NCBI GenBank assembly: GCA_951406725.2
Contig: OX597823.1
Location: forward strand, 53,506,001 to 53,570,000
Reading direction: 5' to 3'
DNA length: 64,000 nucleotides
Source: Octopus vulgaris
Taxonomy: Eukaryota
A program made the position numbers and the translations under genes. Shown in pieces: positions 39,091 through 53,762 of this stretch. Position 1 is the first letter of the stretch. Every line of letters begins with the position of its first letter. The notes below the pieces were generated by a model. The model made no database searches. It was given only the letters and a program-made list of their open reading frames with translations, and was not told the origin of the DNA.

Positions 39091-39123
39091 TGATAATGAT
39101 GCAGATGATGATAATGATGATGA

Positions 39124-39159
<36 letters not shown>

Positions 39160-39164
<5 letters not shown>

Positions 39165-39372
39165 GAGCTGGTAGAACTGTTAGCATGCTGGGTAAAATGC
39201 TTAGTGGCATTTCATCCCCCTCTAAGTTCTGAGTTCAAATTTCACTGAAGTCAACTTTACCTTTCATACTTTCGGGGTTCATAAAATAAATATCAGTTGA
39301 GCACTGAGATCAATATAATTGATTGGGCCCCACCTCCCCCAAATAGCTGGCTTTGTGCCAAAATTTGAAACC
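39160..39372 (+). mobile_element. Family B SINE
   Basis: aaggtgagctggtagaactgttagcatgctggg...ccaaaatttgaaacc; mostly CpG-decayed. Confidence 0.85.
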
Positions 39373-39887
39373 TATGCATACACACACACACACACATACA
39401 TACAAACACACATATATGCATGACAGGCTTATGTAGTTTACATCCACCATATTTGGTTCCTGTGTCTATAATAGAAGATACTTGCTCACAGTGCCACACC
39501 ATAGGATTGAACCTGAAACCATTTTGTTCTGAAATGAACTTCATAATCAAACAGATATACCCACACATGGGATCAGAATTATAATAGAAGCATATTTTCT
39601 ATTATTACTGTTTTTGCTATTATTAATGCTTTGCAATTTATTTGTTTGTTTTTTTTTTTTGTTTGTTTTTTTTTTTTGTTTCTGTTGTTTATTGTTTTTA
39701 CAGTCTCAAACAATACGATAATTCAATAGAAGCCGATTTTATTTATTTAATTACTTTTTTTCTTTTAGTCTTTAATCAAATGTCAATTTAGAAAATCTCA
39801 AGATTTTTATTGTTAAATGTCAGCTAAAAATCAATTAAATCTTGTGAAAAATTACTAGGAGACTTTTTTTGAATAAGTACACACACA

Positions 39888-39974
<87 letters not shown>

Positions 39975-40148
39975 GTATAAGCTGATTGTTCAGCTTCTGC
40001 CAAACAATCTGATTAAATGACGTTACCTGAACAGGTGCACAGTGTACCACACATCAGGTGTCTAAATGATTTCAGAGCAGCATGAGATAATGTGCTATGT
40101 CCAAGAACTCTACCAGTTCTAGAAATTGAACCCCCAATCTCACATTTT

Positions 40149-40190
<42 letters not shown>

Positions 40191-40348
40191 AATATATATA
40201 TATACACACACACACATATATGTACATACACACAGACACACACATATATATGTATACACTTATATACATAGCTCCTTATGTCTAAGTTAAATGGTTAATA
40301 AATATTATATGTTACTCCTGCTAAATGTGCCACTTTCTTTCACTCGTC

Positions 40349-40455
<107 letters not shown>

Positions 40456-40771
40456 GTAGCTTTAGAATATGGCTTTATTGAAAGGTTTCATGAGCTTGTT
40501 GTATTCTAAAGATATCTCCTCCTGTCATCATAGATTTGGAACTATTTTTACATTTGTCAACACAATTCCATGAAAGCTTCTTTGAGAATTTTTTTTCATT
40601 CAGATTTAGAATATCTCAAAGATTATCGCAAAGATGCTTTCACTTTCATCTCATTATTAATGGTAATATTTTGAAGTCTATTTTAATTAAGGATTTTTTC
40701 TCTCTCTCTCTCTTTCTCTCAGTTTATTTACTTTGTGTTTTGGTCTTACATTGTCATTATTATTATTATCA

Positions 40772-40804
<33 letters not shown>

Positions 40805-41306
40805 GCACAGTCCTGTCAGTAAAGATCATGTCTTTGGATTTGCATTTGATGATTTCTTGCCAAAGGCATCAGTTAATTCATCCTAACATTTTCATTTTGC
40901 TTAAGTTTAGTTAGGTTTCATATAACCAAAGTCATTTTTTAAACTAAATACAAAGAAAATATCTAGAATTTCTGGTACTGGTATCTTTTACTTTTAACAT
41001 GTATTACATTCCTGAAAATCATAACATAATGTGGCATTCTGTAGCATAAAACATGGAAGTCAATGTATGGAAAAATTCGTAGTAATGCTGAATTCATTAA
41101 CTCTTCAGTTTGAAATGAATCAACAGACTCTACTACATCTATTGAGTTCTTTCTATTGAAACAAGGTGGGGGAAAATAGTACTCGAATACCAGAGGTAGC
41201 GTAATATGCTTTATTATTAAAGCTGTGTGATATTTTTGCAGCTTTAATAAAAAAATACATTTACATATATATATATACATCCATATAGTTTGTTTATGTT
41301 TATATA

Positions 41307-41462
41307 GGTACAGGAGTGGCAGTGTGGTAAGAAGCTTGCTTCCCAACCACATGGTTCCTGGCTCAGTCCCACTGCATGGCACCTTGGACAAGAGTCTTCT
41401 ACTCTTGGGCCAATCAAAGCCTCATGAGTGGATTTGGTAGATGGAAACTGAAAGAAGCCCAT

Positions 41463-41524
<62 letters not shown>

Positions 41525-41700
41525 TGTATGTATTTGCGTGAGTGTGTTTCTGCCTTCTACCATCATAGTGGTTCAGCAAAAGAGACCAACAGAATAAGTA
41601 CTAGGTTTACAAAGAATAAGTCCTGGGGTCAATTTGTTCGACTAAAGGTGGTGCTCCCGCATGGCCGCAGTGAAATGACTGAAACATGTAAAAGAATAAA
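41307..41700 (+). mobile_element. Family A SINE, near full length, mostly CpG-decayed
   Basis: ggtacaggagtggcagtgtggtaagaagcttgc...gactgaaacatgtaaaagaata. Confidence 0.9.
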
Positions 41701-41854
41701 AAAATAGTTATAAATATATACACACCACCATGGACGGCAGACGTTAAACAATGATGATGATGATGATGATGATGACGATGACGATGACGACGACGATGAT
41801 GATGATGATGATAATGATGATGGTGGTGATGAGGATATATAATGTTGAGTTATA

Positions 41855-42022
41855 TATCCAGTACACTCGATAGGAAATGGGTAACTCTGGCCTTCCGATC
41901 AGGAAGAATGTTGGCTCGCTTGTCTAGCCAACAGGGTGTCATCATTCAAAAGCCAGAACAATGCAAAGTGCATTGTGATCAGCAATGTATAACAACATCA
42001 GATAGTTTAGTCAATACCATGA
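41855..42022 (+). mobile_element. Family C SINE 3' part
   Basis: aacaatgcaaagtgcattgtgatcagcaatgtataacaacatcagatag. Confidence 0.75.
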
Positions 42023-42036
42023 TAAATATGTACATG

Positions 42037-42078
<42 letters not shown>

Positions 42079-42093
42079 ATGTGTGTGTGTGTG

Positions 42094-42128
<35 letters not shown>

Positions 42129-42209
42129 TTGGGAGGCAAACTTCTTGCCACCCAGACACGGCTGTGCCTGCACCTGCACCAACGGGGGGGAAAAACTCAA
42201 TAATTTTGT

Positions 42210-42385
42210 TGGCTCTGCTAGAAATAGCAACTAAGCATCCCTCAAATCTCATCACTCTATCATCCAAAATAACCGATACACTAAGACTGTTGTCATTCCT
42301 GATCTTGTAAAAAGACCGGTTGGTCACAGCTGGAATGTTTGATCCTAGACCTACTTGATCAGGCCTGACCTGGGGCTAAACAAGA
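42210..42385 (+). mobile_element. Family F copy with (CAA)n tail
   Basis: ctgctagaaatagcaactaagcatccctcaaatc...gacctggggctaaacaag. Confidence 0.6.
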
Positions 42386-42776
42386 ACAACAACAACAACA
42401 ACAAAAGTAGCAGTAGCAGCAGCAGCAGTAATCACAGGCAATTGTTCATATTTTTTTTTTATTCTCTAGTTGGTTAATACTTTACTTGTGTTGTTTTTGT
42501 TGGTCTTGGTTGTAATAGTGTAGTTATTGTTGTTGTTTTTGTCTGTGGAATTGGTTGATTCTCTATGCTTGTGGTTGTTGTTGTTGTTGTTGTTGTTGTC
42601 TGATGTCTGTTCTTTGTTATCCGATTCCTTTGATTCACTCACCAATTTAGTCAATATATCATTATTCTTATTTCGGTTCTCTTTTATTTATTTATTTATT
42701 TATTTGTATGTTTGTTTGTTTTTTTTCTTTTTTTTTTTAATCACAAATACCACATTATTGCTTCCAGCAGAATTTT

Positions 42777-42779
<3 letters not shown>

Positions 42780-42853
<74 letters not shown>

Positions 42854-42974
42854 TTTTGTTTATGTTTGATAATCTCTCTCCCTCTCTTTCTCTCTTTCTC
42901 AGTCTCTCTTATTCTTTCTGTTTACATCTGATACTCTCCCTCCTTCTTCCTGTCCCCTACCTCTGTTTTTCTCT

Positions 42975-43010
<36 letters not shown>

Positions 43011-43062
43011 CTTTCTCTCTCTCTGTTTATGTCTGATAGTTTCTCCTTGTTTATATTTGACA

Positions 43063-43126
<64 letters not shown>

Positions 43127-43860
43127 TGTCAATCTGTCTATCAATCTACACACACACATGCACACATACACATATATAAAGAGAGAGAGATTATGATAAT
43201 TTCTTCTTTATGCCTTTATAACCCCTCTCCCTCTTTCTCTCACTGTCTTCCTCAGCTCCACCTCTCTCGCTCTTTCTCTGTTTATATCTGATAGACTTTT
43301 CTTTATGTCTGACAGTCTCTATTTTTATATTTGATAGCTCTTTCTTTATAGCTTGTGTCTCTTTCTCTCCCTCTCTCTTTTTCTCTCTCTTTCTCTCCCT
43401 CCCTCTCTCTGTTTATGTCTAACACTTCTCTGTTTATCGCTGCACTCTCTTTCTTTCTTTCTTTCTTTCTTTGTTACACATTCATTCTCTCTTACTCTCC
43501 CTTCCACATACACACACACACACTCATTTTCTCTCTCTCCCTTTCTCTCCCTCTTTCTCTCTCTCCCTCTCACTCGCTCTCCTTCTCTCTCTCCCTCTCT
43601 CTCCCTGTTTCTCCCTCTCTCACTCTGCCTGCTACTCCTCCTTTCTCCTCTCCTTTTGCTCTCCTTCTCTCTCTTGATCTCTCTCTCTTGCTCTCCCTCT
43701 CTATCTCTCTTGCTCTCCCTATTTCTCTTGTTCTTCCTCTCTCTAGCTCTCCCACTCTCTTTTGCTCTCCTCTTTCTTGCTCTCTCTCTTTCTCTGACTC
43801 TCCCTCTCCCTCTTTTTCCTTCTCTCTCACCCACCCTCCCTCTCTTCTGCTTCCTCAATC
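42780..43860. repeat. ~1.1 kb (CT)n polypyrimidine tract
   Basis: Direct; source of the LSLS/RERE ORFs. Confidence 0.95.
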
Positions 43861-44160
43861 TACCAAAGCAGTATTCTTCTACATGGAATAGTTTCGCTTT
43901 CTAATCTTGAGGCAAAATCTTCTTTCTCAATGATGTCTCACTACTTTCCATATCTTCTCTCTTCTTCCTCTCTAATCCCTTTCCCTTTTTCCTTTCATCT
44001 CTCATTCTCTTCTTCCCTCCATATCTTTCTCCTACAATATCTCTCCTGTACTCTCCCTATTTCTCCTCATTCTCCATCACGCCTTTCTCGATTTCTCTCC
44101 TTTACACTGCTGTCGCTAATTGTCCCTTGGCAAAATTCCTTTGAGTTTATTGATGCAATC

Positions 44161-44217
<57 letters not shown>

Positions 44218-44711
44218 GCTATTATCATCATCATCCTCATCATGGTCATCATCATCATGTCGTCGTCATCACCATTATCGCCATTGTCATCATCACTGTC
44301 ATGGTCACCATTATGACTAGTGTGGTGGTGGTGGTGGTGGTGGTGGTGGTGGTGGTGGTGGTGGTGGTGGTGGTGGGACCATCCCCTTCATCATAGTTGC
44401 TTTTACAGCCAACATCATTATTGTCATGGTCATCAGTCATACTATCATAATCGTCATAGCAATCATCATAGCAATTGTCATAGCAATCATCATCATCATC
44501 ATTATCATTTTCTTTTATTGAATCATAGAAAGCTTGACTAAATCCACCTCAGTTGAGTTTGAATTCATGGCTTCAACCACTTTTCTTCCATTGCACTCCG
44601 CTTTAATACCCTTTTCCCATCCTGCAAGGAGAAAAAATAATAATAATAATAACAATAACAATAATAATAATGATAACAACAACAGCAACAATAATAATAA
44701 TGATGATGATG

Positions 44712-44981
44712 ATCCTTTCTATAGGAAGCACAAGGCCTCAAATTTGGGGGAAGAGATTAAGTTGATTACATCAACCCCAGTGCGTAACTGGTACATAATT
44801 TATTGACCCCGAAAGGATGAAAGGCAAAGTCAACCCTGGTGACATTTGAACTCAGAACTTGAAGACAGACGAAATACCTCAAAGCATTTCACCTAGCATG
44901 CTAACGATCCTGCCAGCTCACCACATTAATAATAATGATAACGATGATGATGATGACAACAACGACAATGATGACAACGAC

Positions 44982-45036
<55 letters not shown>

Positions 45037-45278
45037 CATAATAATAATAATATTAATAATAATAATAATAATAATAAACATTCCTATTTATAGCACAAAG
45101 CTAGCAATTTTTGAGAGGACGGGCAAATTGATTATCTTCACCCTGGTTCTTAACTGGTTCTGATTTTATCAATCCCATATGAAGGAATGGCACAGTTACC
45201 TTCATCAAAATTTGAACTCAGAAGTATTGCTGCTTGGCATTTTGTCTAGCATGCTAACAATTCTGCCATCTCACCATC

Positions 45279-45347
<69 letters not shown>

Positions 45348-45720
45348 TCTTTTTATAGGCCACAAGGGCTAATATAAGTCAAAACATTAATAACAACAAC
45401 TACAACAACAACAACAACAACAACAACGATATTTTTTACTATAGCCACAAGGTTTGAAATTTTGGTAGGGAGAGGACTAATCAATTACATTGATGCCACT
45501 ACTCAACTGGTACAGGTTTTATTGACCCCCCCACCCACCCCCCAAAAAAACGGATGAAAAGGAAAATCAATCAGATTCAGTGGAGCGATAGGCAAAATGC
45601 TATACAATATTTAGATCTAGCCCTTATGTTCTAAGTTCAAATCCTGCTAAAGTCAGTTTCATCATTTATTTTTCAAAGGTCATTAATGTAAGTACAAGTT
45701 AAGTACTAGCATAGGTTAAA
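44712..45720. mobile_element. Cluster of family B SINEs in (AAT)n: three minus copies and one plus copy
   Basis: Minus copies ~44712-44928, 45080-45281, 45430-45570; plus copy ~45580-45720. Confidence 0.85.
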
Positions 45721-45730
45721 GTCAGCTTTA

Positions 45731-45964
45731 CTCTTTTTATCTTTTATTAGTTTCAGTTACCAGACAGTGACCTTGCTGGGGCACCACCTTTAAGAATTTT
45801 AGTCAAATAAATCAAATCGACCCCAGTAGCTATTTTTTAAAGCCCGGTAGTTATTCTATCAGTCACTTTTGCCAAACCACTAAGTTACAGGGTTGTAAAC
45901 ACACCAACACCAGTTATAAAGCAGTAGTGGGGACAAACACGAATACAAAGACACACACTCAAAG

Positions 45965-46021
<57 letters not shown>

Positions 46022-46365
46022 TAATAAAAAAAAAAACACAAGAAAAAAATCAACATGAGAATGTGGTACATGCAAAGTATTAACAGATGCTCAGGGAAGG
46101 AAAGAAAGGTAGTTTTATATTTTGAGCAAAGCTCTTTTTCAGAAACAGGAGACAGAGGAAAGTCCAAGAGAAAAGGAAGACAAAGGGAAATATATATATA
46201 TATATATATATATTATAGGTTTATTTCAGTTTCTATCTAACAAATCCACACACAAAGCCTGAGGCTATAATAGAAGACATTGCCCAAAGTGTCATGCTGT
46301 GAGATTGAACATGGAATCATGTGGTTGTGAAGCAAACTTCTTATCACACAGCCATGCCTGCACCT
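45731..46365 (-). mobile_element. Family A SINE with a family E insert (46020-46190, -) in its internal (TA)n
   Basis: Tail at 45731, head ending cacagccatgcctgcacc; insert carries decayed HHR at 46112-46146 (gttt CTGAAAA agagc ttt gctc AAAA ta TA aaac). Confidence 0.8.
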
Positions 46366-46452
46366 GAAATTTCATGCCTTGGATGGAAAAAAATTTGAAA
46401 ATTACATTTATTATTACAAATGGCATCTGAGAACTATACCAATTCAGGCATG

Positions 46453-46680
46453 GAGGCATGTGGTTTAGTGGTTAGGGTGTTGGACTCATGATCACAAGAT
46501 TGCGGTTTCGATTCCTGGACCAGGTGACAAACTGTGTTCTTGAGCAAAACACTTCATTTTACATTGCTCCAGTCCACTCAGCTGGCAAAAAATGAGTAAC
46601 CCTACGATGGGCCAGCATCCCATCCAGCTGGGGAATTTACATGCCATGGAAACCAGGATTCCATCCTTTATAAGTCGGTA
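46453..46680 (+). mobile_element. Family C SINE
   Basis: ggaggcatgtggtttagtggttagggtgttggac...ggtttcgattcc...cttgagcaaaacactt. Confidence 0.85.
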
Positions 46681-46859
46681 TGACTGCTACTCTAGCCTCA
46701 GGCCAACCAATAACTTCTGAGTGAAGTCAGTCATATATGTGTGTGTCATTGTGCTTAGATTTGTCTCACACACATATACCACTTAACAGCTGGTGTTGGT
46801 TTGTTTATGACTCCCATAACTTATTGGTTTCACATAAGAAACTGATAGAATAAGTAAAA

Positions 46860-47106
46860 AAGGATCCTTTCTGAATTATAGGCTCGTAAGGCCAGTCTTC
46901 CAAATTCTGTGGCATGTTTACTCTCCCCACTGGCCCGACCACCAGTCTGTCAGAGGACCCCTCATTTTTACCAGCTGAGTGACCTGGAATAATGTGAAAT
47001 GAAGTGTCTTACTCAAGAACACAATGTGCCACTCGGTCCAGGAATCGAAACCACAATTTTACAATCATTTATGCAACACCCTAAACTCTAAGCCATTTGT
47101 CTCCAG
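46860..47106 (-). mobile_element. Family C SINE nested in a family A copy
   Basis: TSD gatagaataag (46844-46854) / gatagaacaag (47108-47118); host tail resumes to ~47245. Confidence 0.8.
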
Positions 47107-48145
47107 CGATAGAACAAGAACCAGACTTAAAAGAAAAACCAAAAAAATAAGTACTGGAGATGATCTGTTCTATTAAGACCCTTCCAGGCGGTTAAATCCC
47201 AGCAGCATGGCTGCAATCCAATAACTGAAACCAGTAGAAGTTAACACAAAAAGAAGCAATGCTGGTCAATGTATGACCGAAATTGGTAGAGCATCAAATG
47301 AGATGCCATGTGACATTTGTTCCAGATCTCTGCATACAGAGTTCTTGAGTGGCAGATGTAATCTCTCACCTGGGTTAGCACTACCACCTGGTCCTTGGAT
47401 GGGTGCATCTAGAAGAGTTCACTCATTCTGTTTGTTGCAAGCATTCTGAACAAGGCTAAATGCATTTTTGAGGACAGCTTCCTTTTTTCCTATCCTTACT
47501 ATTATTTTTAGAGGTGCTGATAAAAATAAGAGTAGGGTCTATGGACACTGTTTTACTTCCTTTGACTTAGCAATAAAAATATTTAAAAAATGGAAAAAAA
47601 CAGAGAAGGAAAAAAAATGGTGTCTTGTAAAAATAAAAATAAAAAATACCCAAAGACATTAGAAAACCAACTTTCTGTATTCTCCTACAAAAATTCCACC
47701 ACCACTCACTCAATTATCTTGACCAGCACCTAGTAACTGCCATGAGCATTATGACCAATAACACCACTTCAACCACCACCATTACTACTACTCCTCCTCC
47801 ACCTCCTACAACTACTACTACTATTACTACTACTACTACAACTACTACTACTACTACTACTGTTTCTACTAACTATACGTCCTGCACCCACACTGCACCA
47901 CCACTACTGCTACTATAACCATCAATCATGACCAGTACCCATACAGCCACGACTATTATGACCCCTTGCATCACTACTGCCATTACCAGCGCCACTACCA
48001 CCCTCATCAACTCTACCACCACAACCACAACCACAGCTACTACCACCACCACAACTAACTTCTCAGCCATTCTGACCAGCAGCAGCAGCAAGAGGTGTAT
48101 AGTTTTATGTACTAAACACACACAGCCAATAAAGCCATGTCAACG

Positions 48146-48176
<31 letters not shown>

Positions 48177-48246
48177 TTACACACACACACACACACACTT
48201 ACATACACACACAGACACAGAAATAAATGTGCACACACACACACAC

Positions 48247-48288
<42 letters not shown>

Positions 48289-48344
48289 ACATATCAGTGT
48301 ATGCATGTCTGTATATATGTATATGTATATGTATATCAATGTAC

Positions 48345-48393
<49 letters not shown>

Positions 48394-49945
48394 TGTATGT
48401 ATATACACATACGCATATACATGTATATCATTACCACAGTTCTAGCTGAGCGAGAAACACAGTAAATATCCATTACCAACCAAACATAACCGAAACAGAT
48501 GATAATGACCATGCACACAGACACGCATACACACACACACACGCACACGCACACACACACACACTCAGAAATATGCCAATACACATATGCACACGCATAC
48601 ACATGCAGACACATGTACAGAAACGTACATATTGCATCAATACAATACACGCAAAATACATTCACGGGCACACAGACACACACACGGACACACACACGCA
48701 CACACACATACACACACACACATGCACAAAACAGATATAATAATCACTCATTTCTTTCTTCATTTCTCTCTTTTCTATGTTCTTTTATTTTCACTTTGTT
48801 TTGTTCTTGTTTTTGGTTTTGGTTTTTTCTTTTTTTTTTTTACTTTTTTTTTTATAAGAGGCAGGTTTTTGGTTTGTTTTTTAATAATTCTATCTTCCAT
48901 CATGCAGCAGAAAATAACAGAGATAGGGCAGGATGGAGGGAGAAGAGACGGAAAGGAAAGAGGCCAGGGGGAAAAAACTGGACGCTGCCCAATGTCAGCA
49001 GAAACGATGATAATGATGATGATGGTGGTGGTGGTGGTGGTGGTGTTGGTGGTGGTGGTGGCAGAAATGGTTGCTGTGATGGTCAAGAAGGGTGATGGAT
49101 GGTGGTTGGTAGTTTGGTGGTGGTGGTGGTGGTGGTGGTGGTGGTGGTGATTGTGGTGGCGGTGGGGGTTAGTGTAGTAGTGGAGGTGTGGCAAAGCTCA
49201 TGATGATGATGCTGATGATGTTGATGGCGGAAGAGAGGAAGGGTAGTGGGGAGAACACTGACAACGATGTTGATGATGATTATAATGATGACAATGACCA
49301 TTATGATGATGATGATGATGATGATGATAGTGGTGATGGTGATGATGATGATGATGATGATGATGGTGATGATGATAGTGGTGATGGTGATGATGATAAA
49401 CATGTGCACGAGGTGAAAAAGAAAGTTGATGATGTTGATGGCAACGATGACCATCATGATGATGATAACAATGATGATGATGATGATGATGATAATAGCA
49501 GTGGTGGTGGAGGTAGGGTAGTAATTGGGGTAACGTTGGAAATGGTAACAATAAAAGAAGGTAACCAATAGGTGGAATAATGCAGCTAGAGAATGAGAGA
49601 AGAGTGGAGTTAGTTCAAATCTTTGTGTTGACAAGTGACATTATCGCACACACTGTTATTATCAGCGCAATATGGAAAAGTTAGAGTGTAAAAGGGTGCA
49701 GGTGAATGATCCATGCACACATCTGCATGCACATACACACACACATGCACAGTCACGCACAAACATACACACACAGGCACACACACACGCACACACACAG
49801 ATATAGATACACAAATATACATATGTATATATACACACATATGTCTATAACAAAATTATGCCTACGTCTGTGAGTATATGAATGCATATGTGTGTCTATA
49901 TATATGTATGTGTGTGTATATATATATTTATATATATATATACAT

Positions 49946-50009
<64 letters not shown>

Positions 50010-50043
50010 GGAGAGAGACATATATTCACATATAGACATATAC

Positions 50044-50098
<55 letters not shown>

Positions 50099-50124
50099 CA
50101 TACATACATACATACATACATACA

Positions 50125-50155
<31 letters not shown>

Positions 50156-50213
50156 GAACTGGCAGTGCCCCAACAAGGCCACAGCCTTAGGGCTGAAACA
50201 TAAAAGAGTAAAA

Positions 50214-50314
<101 letters not shown>

Positions 50315-50424
50315 GTATGTATACATACATGCACTTATATATATATATTTAGTGTATATATATATATATATATATATACATACACACACATACATATACA
50401 CACGCACACATATATATATGTTTG

Positions 50425-50458
<34 letters not shown>

Positions 50459-50676
50459 ATCATCATCATCATCATCATCATAATATATGCATACATGTAT
50501 ACATAGAATATAGACACATAGACACACACACACATATATCTGCATATAAGCAAACAAACTTACCAAAAGATAATTTGTACTTTAATATTGCTCTTGTGTT
50601 ATTGTTATTCTCATGTAATTAGGAACGACAAATGATTTTATTAAAACATACATGCTTTTGAAATTATGTCTACAAG

Positions 50677-50793
50677 TTGAAATGCTGAGAGTTAAAAGGA
50701 TACATAGCTGGACTTGACACCACAGCTTGGCACCTGGGTGCCATTTACAGAGTCCACACTGTAACTGTAGTGAACTTTCAGACCAAGAATCTG
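50677..50793 (+). other. Candidate exon with in-frame TGA
   Basis: tgtctacaag| EMLRVKRIHSWT*HHSLAPGCHLQSPHCNCSELSDQES |gtctga; 117 nt, phase 1-1; weak splice sites. Confidence 0.2.
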
Positions 50794-51346
50794 GTCTGAG
50801 AATAACGCTATTCTTGCTTTCTTTTACCAAACTTTAATACACTAGAAAAGATGATAGATGCAGTCACTCTACCTATGATTCAGACATGTAATGCATGCAC
50901 ACACACACACATTTATGCACGTATATATAAATGCATATGTTTGTGTGTGCATGCATATATAATCATTTATGCATGCATATATGCTTGTGTTTGTATGTGT
51001 GTGTGTATATATATATATATATATACACATTATATATATATATATACACACACATATGCAAGTACATATAATTTGTTCACTTATAAAGTTACAACGGTGA
51101 CTCAAAAGCTGAGATTTTCAAGCACTACACATATCTAGCTCAGTGTATATATATGTATGTGTGTGTGTGTATGTATACATATATATCTATCTATATATAT
51201 GTATATATATATATATATATGTAGGTATACACGCACACACAAGCATATATATGTAAATATGTATTTGTGTATGTAAGTATACATAATTATACACACATAC
51301 ACACTCACAAATATATATATACCTTAATATATACATACCCACTCAC

Positions 51347-51377
<31 letters not shown>

Positions 51378-51635
51378 CATCATAAATATACATACATATA
51401 TGTGTGTGTGTGTGTATTTATATGTATATACATACACACACAGACACAGACACACACACACACATACACACGCACACACACACATACACACACACATAAA
51501 TATACACTCGCATACATTTATTTCCGTTTTTCTTTTGCCAAATCCCTTTTTTCTTTTAATAAGGTCAGCTTTGCAGAAGATCATGTGCATATGAATTCTA
51601 TTATGTATATGTATATACATAATATTATGTGTATG

Positions 51636-51680
<45 letters not shown>

Positions 51681-51854
51681 TTATGTATATATGCATTGTG
51701 CTGGCAGTAATATGTAGCATGTTACAGATAGATAACAATGATGTGACAGCAGCATATTCCATACGTTATGTCACTTCACCTGTCATCATTGCCACAAGGT
51801 GGGGCAGGAAATATGCTCTATTGTATCCTGCTAGCCTATTGCATTTCGGTATAT

Positions 51855-52010
51855 AGGCTGGCAGTTGATTAAATCAACCTCAGTAATTGACTGGTAATCA
51901 TATTTTTTCTCAACTCCGGATGGATGAAGGGCAAACTGACCTTGGTTTCATTTGAACTCAGAATGCAAGGAGTCAGAGTGAATACCACAAGGCATTTTGT
52001 CTAATGATTT
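51855..52010 (-). mobile_element. Family B SINE fragment
   Basis: gactggtaatc...ggatgaagggcaaactgacc...tttgaactcagaatg. Confidence 0.7.
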
Positions 52011-52065
52011 AACCAACCCCCACACACATATGTGTGTTTGTATAATATGTGTATGTGGGTGTGCA

Positions 52066-52159
<94 letters not shown>

Positions 52160-52203
52160 TAGATAGATAGATAAAGATATAGATATATATACATACATAC
52201 ACA

Positions 52204-52251
<48 letters not shown>

Positions 52252-52282
52252 TATATATATATATACATATACATATACATAT

Positions 52283-52580
52283 GAAGGTGCATGGTCAAGT
52301 AGATAGATATGTTGTACTCACAATTGTGAGATTGTGGGTTCAGTTCCCTGACTGGCTGTGCATTGTGGGCTCGAGCAAAACACTTAATTTCACATTGTTC
52401 CAATCCACCTGGCTGTAAAGGGGTAACCCTGCAATACATTAAGCTTCCAATCAGGGGGGAATGTTATCCTGCTTGCTTAACCAGTGGGGTGGCATCATTT
52501 GAAAGTTAAAACAATGCAAAGCACATTGTAACCAGTGATGTGTAACAGCATTTTGGTAGTCTGGTTGAGATCACGTGATC
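52283..52580 (+). mobile_element. Family C SINE
   Basis: gaaggtgcatggtcaagtag...gggttcagttccc...aaaacaatgcaaagcacattgtaaccag...atcacgtgat. Confidence 0.85.
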
Positions 52581-52612
52581 ACATGATATATACATACATA
52601 TACATATATATA

Positions 52613-52659
<47 letters not shown>

Positions 52660-52811
52660 AGTGAGAAGACAAATGAAAGAAGGGCCCTCAACACATTTAT
52701 TGAGAGTTACATGTATGGATCAGTTTGATTTAAAATTCCTTGGTACTCTGAGTTTCAAGTGTGATGCTATATATATATATATGTATATATATATGTATAT
52801 ATATATATGTG

Positions 52812-52869
<58 letters not shown>

Positions 52870-52924
52870 CACACGCCGACACACACACATAGATAGATAG
52901 ATAGATATAGATAGATAGATAGAT

Positions 52925-52967
<43 letters not shown>

Positions 52968-53272
52968 TACTTGGCTTTCAGTTTCTCTCAGCTAACAGAT
53001 TTTTATTGCTATTTCTCTGAATCTTCAATCGGAGCCCATCTATTTTTAATCATTGCGATTACTGCTATTTGCAGGTAGATTTGGGGTTATCTACCCCTAT
53101 CAAAATGACTTCTCGCATTCATTATGTAAATTGACACTAAAGCAATTAACAGAAATTACAAAACCACCAGGCTTAATTGCCCTAAGATACTTCCATATAC
53201 ATTTGTCCCCTCTCTCTATTTTCTGTCCAGTCTCTTAATCCCTTCTAAAAGGGATGATACTACTACTACTAC

Positions 53273-53320
<48 letters not shown>

Positions 53321-53389
53321 TTATGATGATGATAATCCTTACTATACAGGCACAAGTCCTGAATTTTGGTGGGGAGATGGCAAGTTATT

Positions 53390-53675
53390 TTAATGCCTAA
53401 TACTTATTCTATCAGTCTCTTTTGCCAAACTGCTAAGTTACAGGGACATAAACACACAAATAGTGGTTGTCAAGCAGTGGTAGACAAACACAGACACAAA
53501 GACACACAAACACATAGATATGCATATATATATATATATTTAAAGGGCTTCTTTCATTTTCCACTCACATGGTTTTGTTTGACCTGGAGCTATAGTAGAA
53601 GACATTTGCCCATGGTGTCATGTAGTGGGACTGAACCCAGAACCATGTGGTTGAGAAGCAAGCTTCTTACCACTG
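53390..53675 (-). mobile_element. Family A SINE, CpG-decayed
   Basis: tacttattctatcagtctcttttgccaaactgctaagttacaggg...aagcttcttaccac. Confidence 0.85.
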
Positions 53676-53731
53676 GAATACTCTTGAGAATAAAACTTTT
53701 CAATCAGGACTGAATTAAGGATAAAGAACAA

Positions 53732-53762
<31 letters not shown>

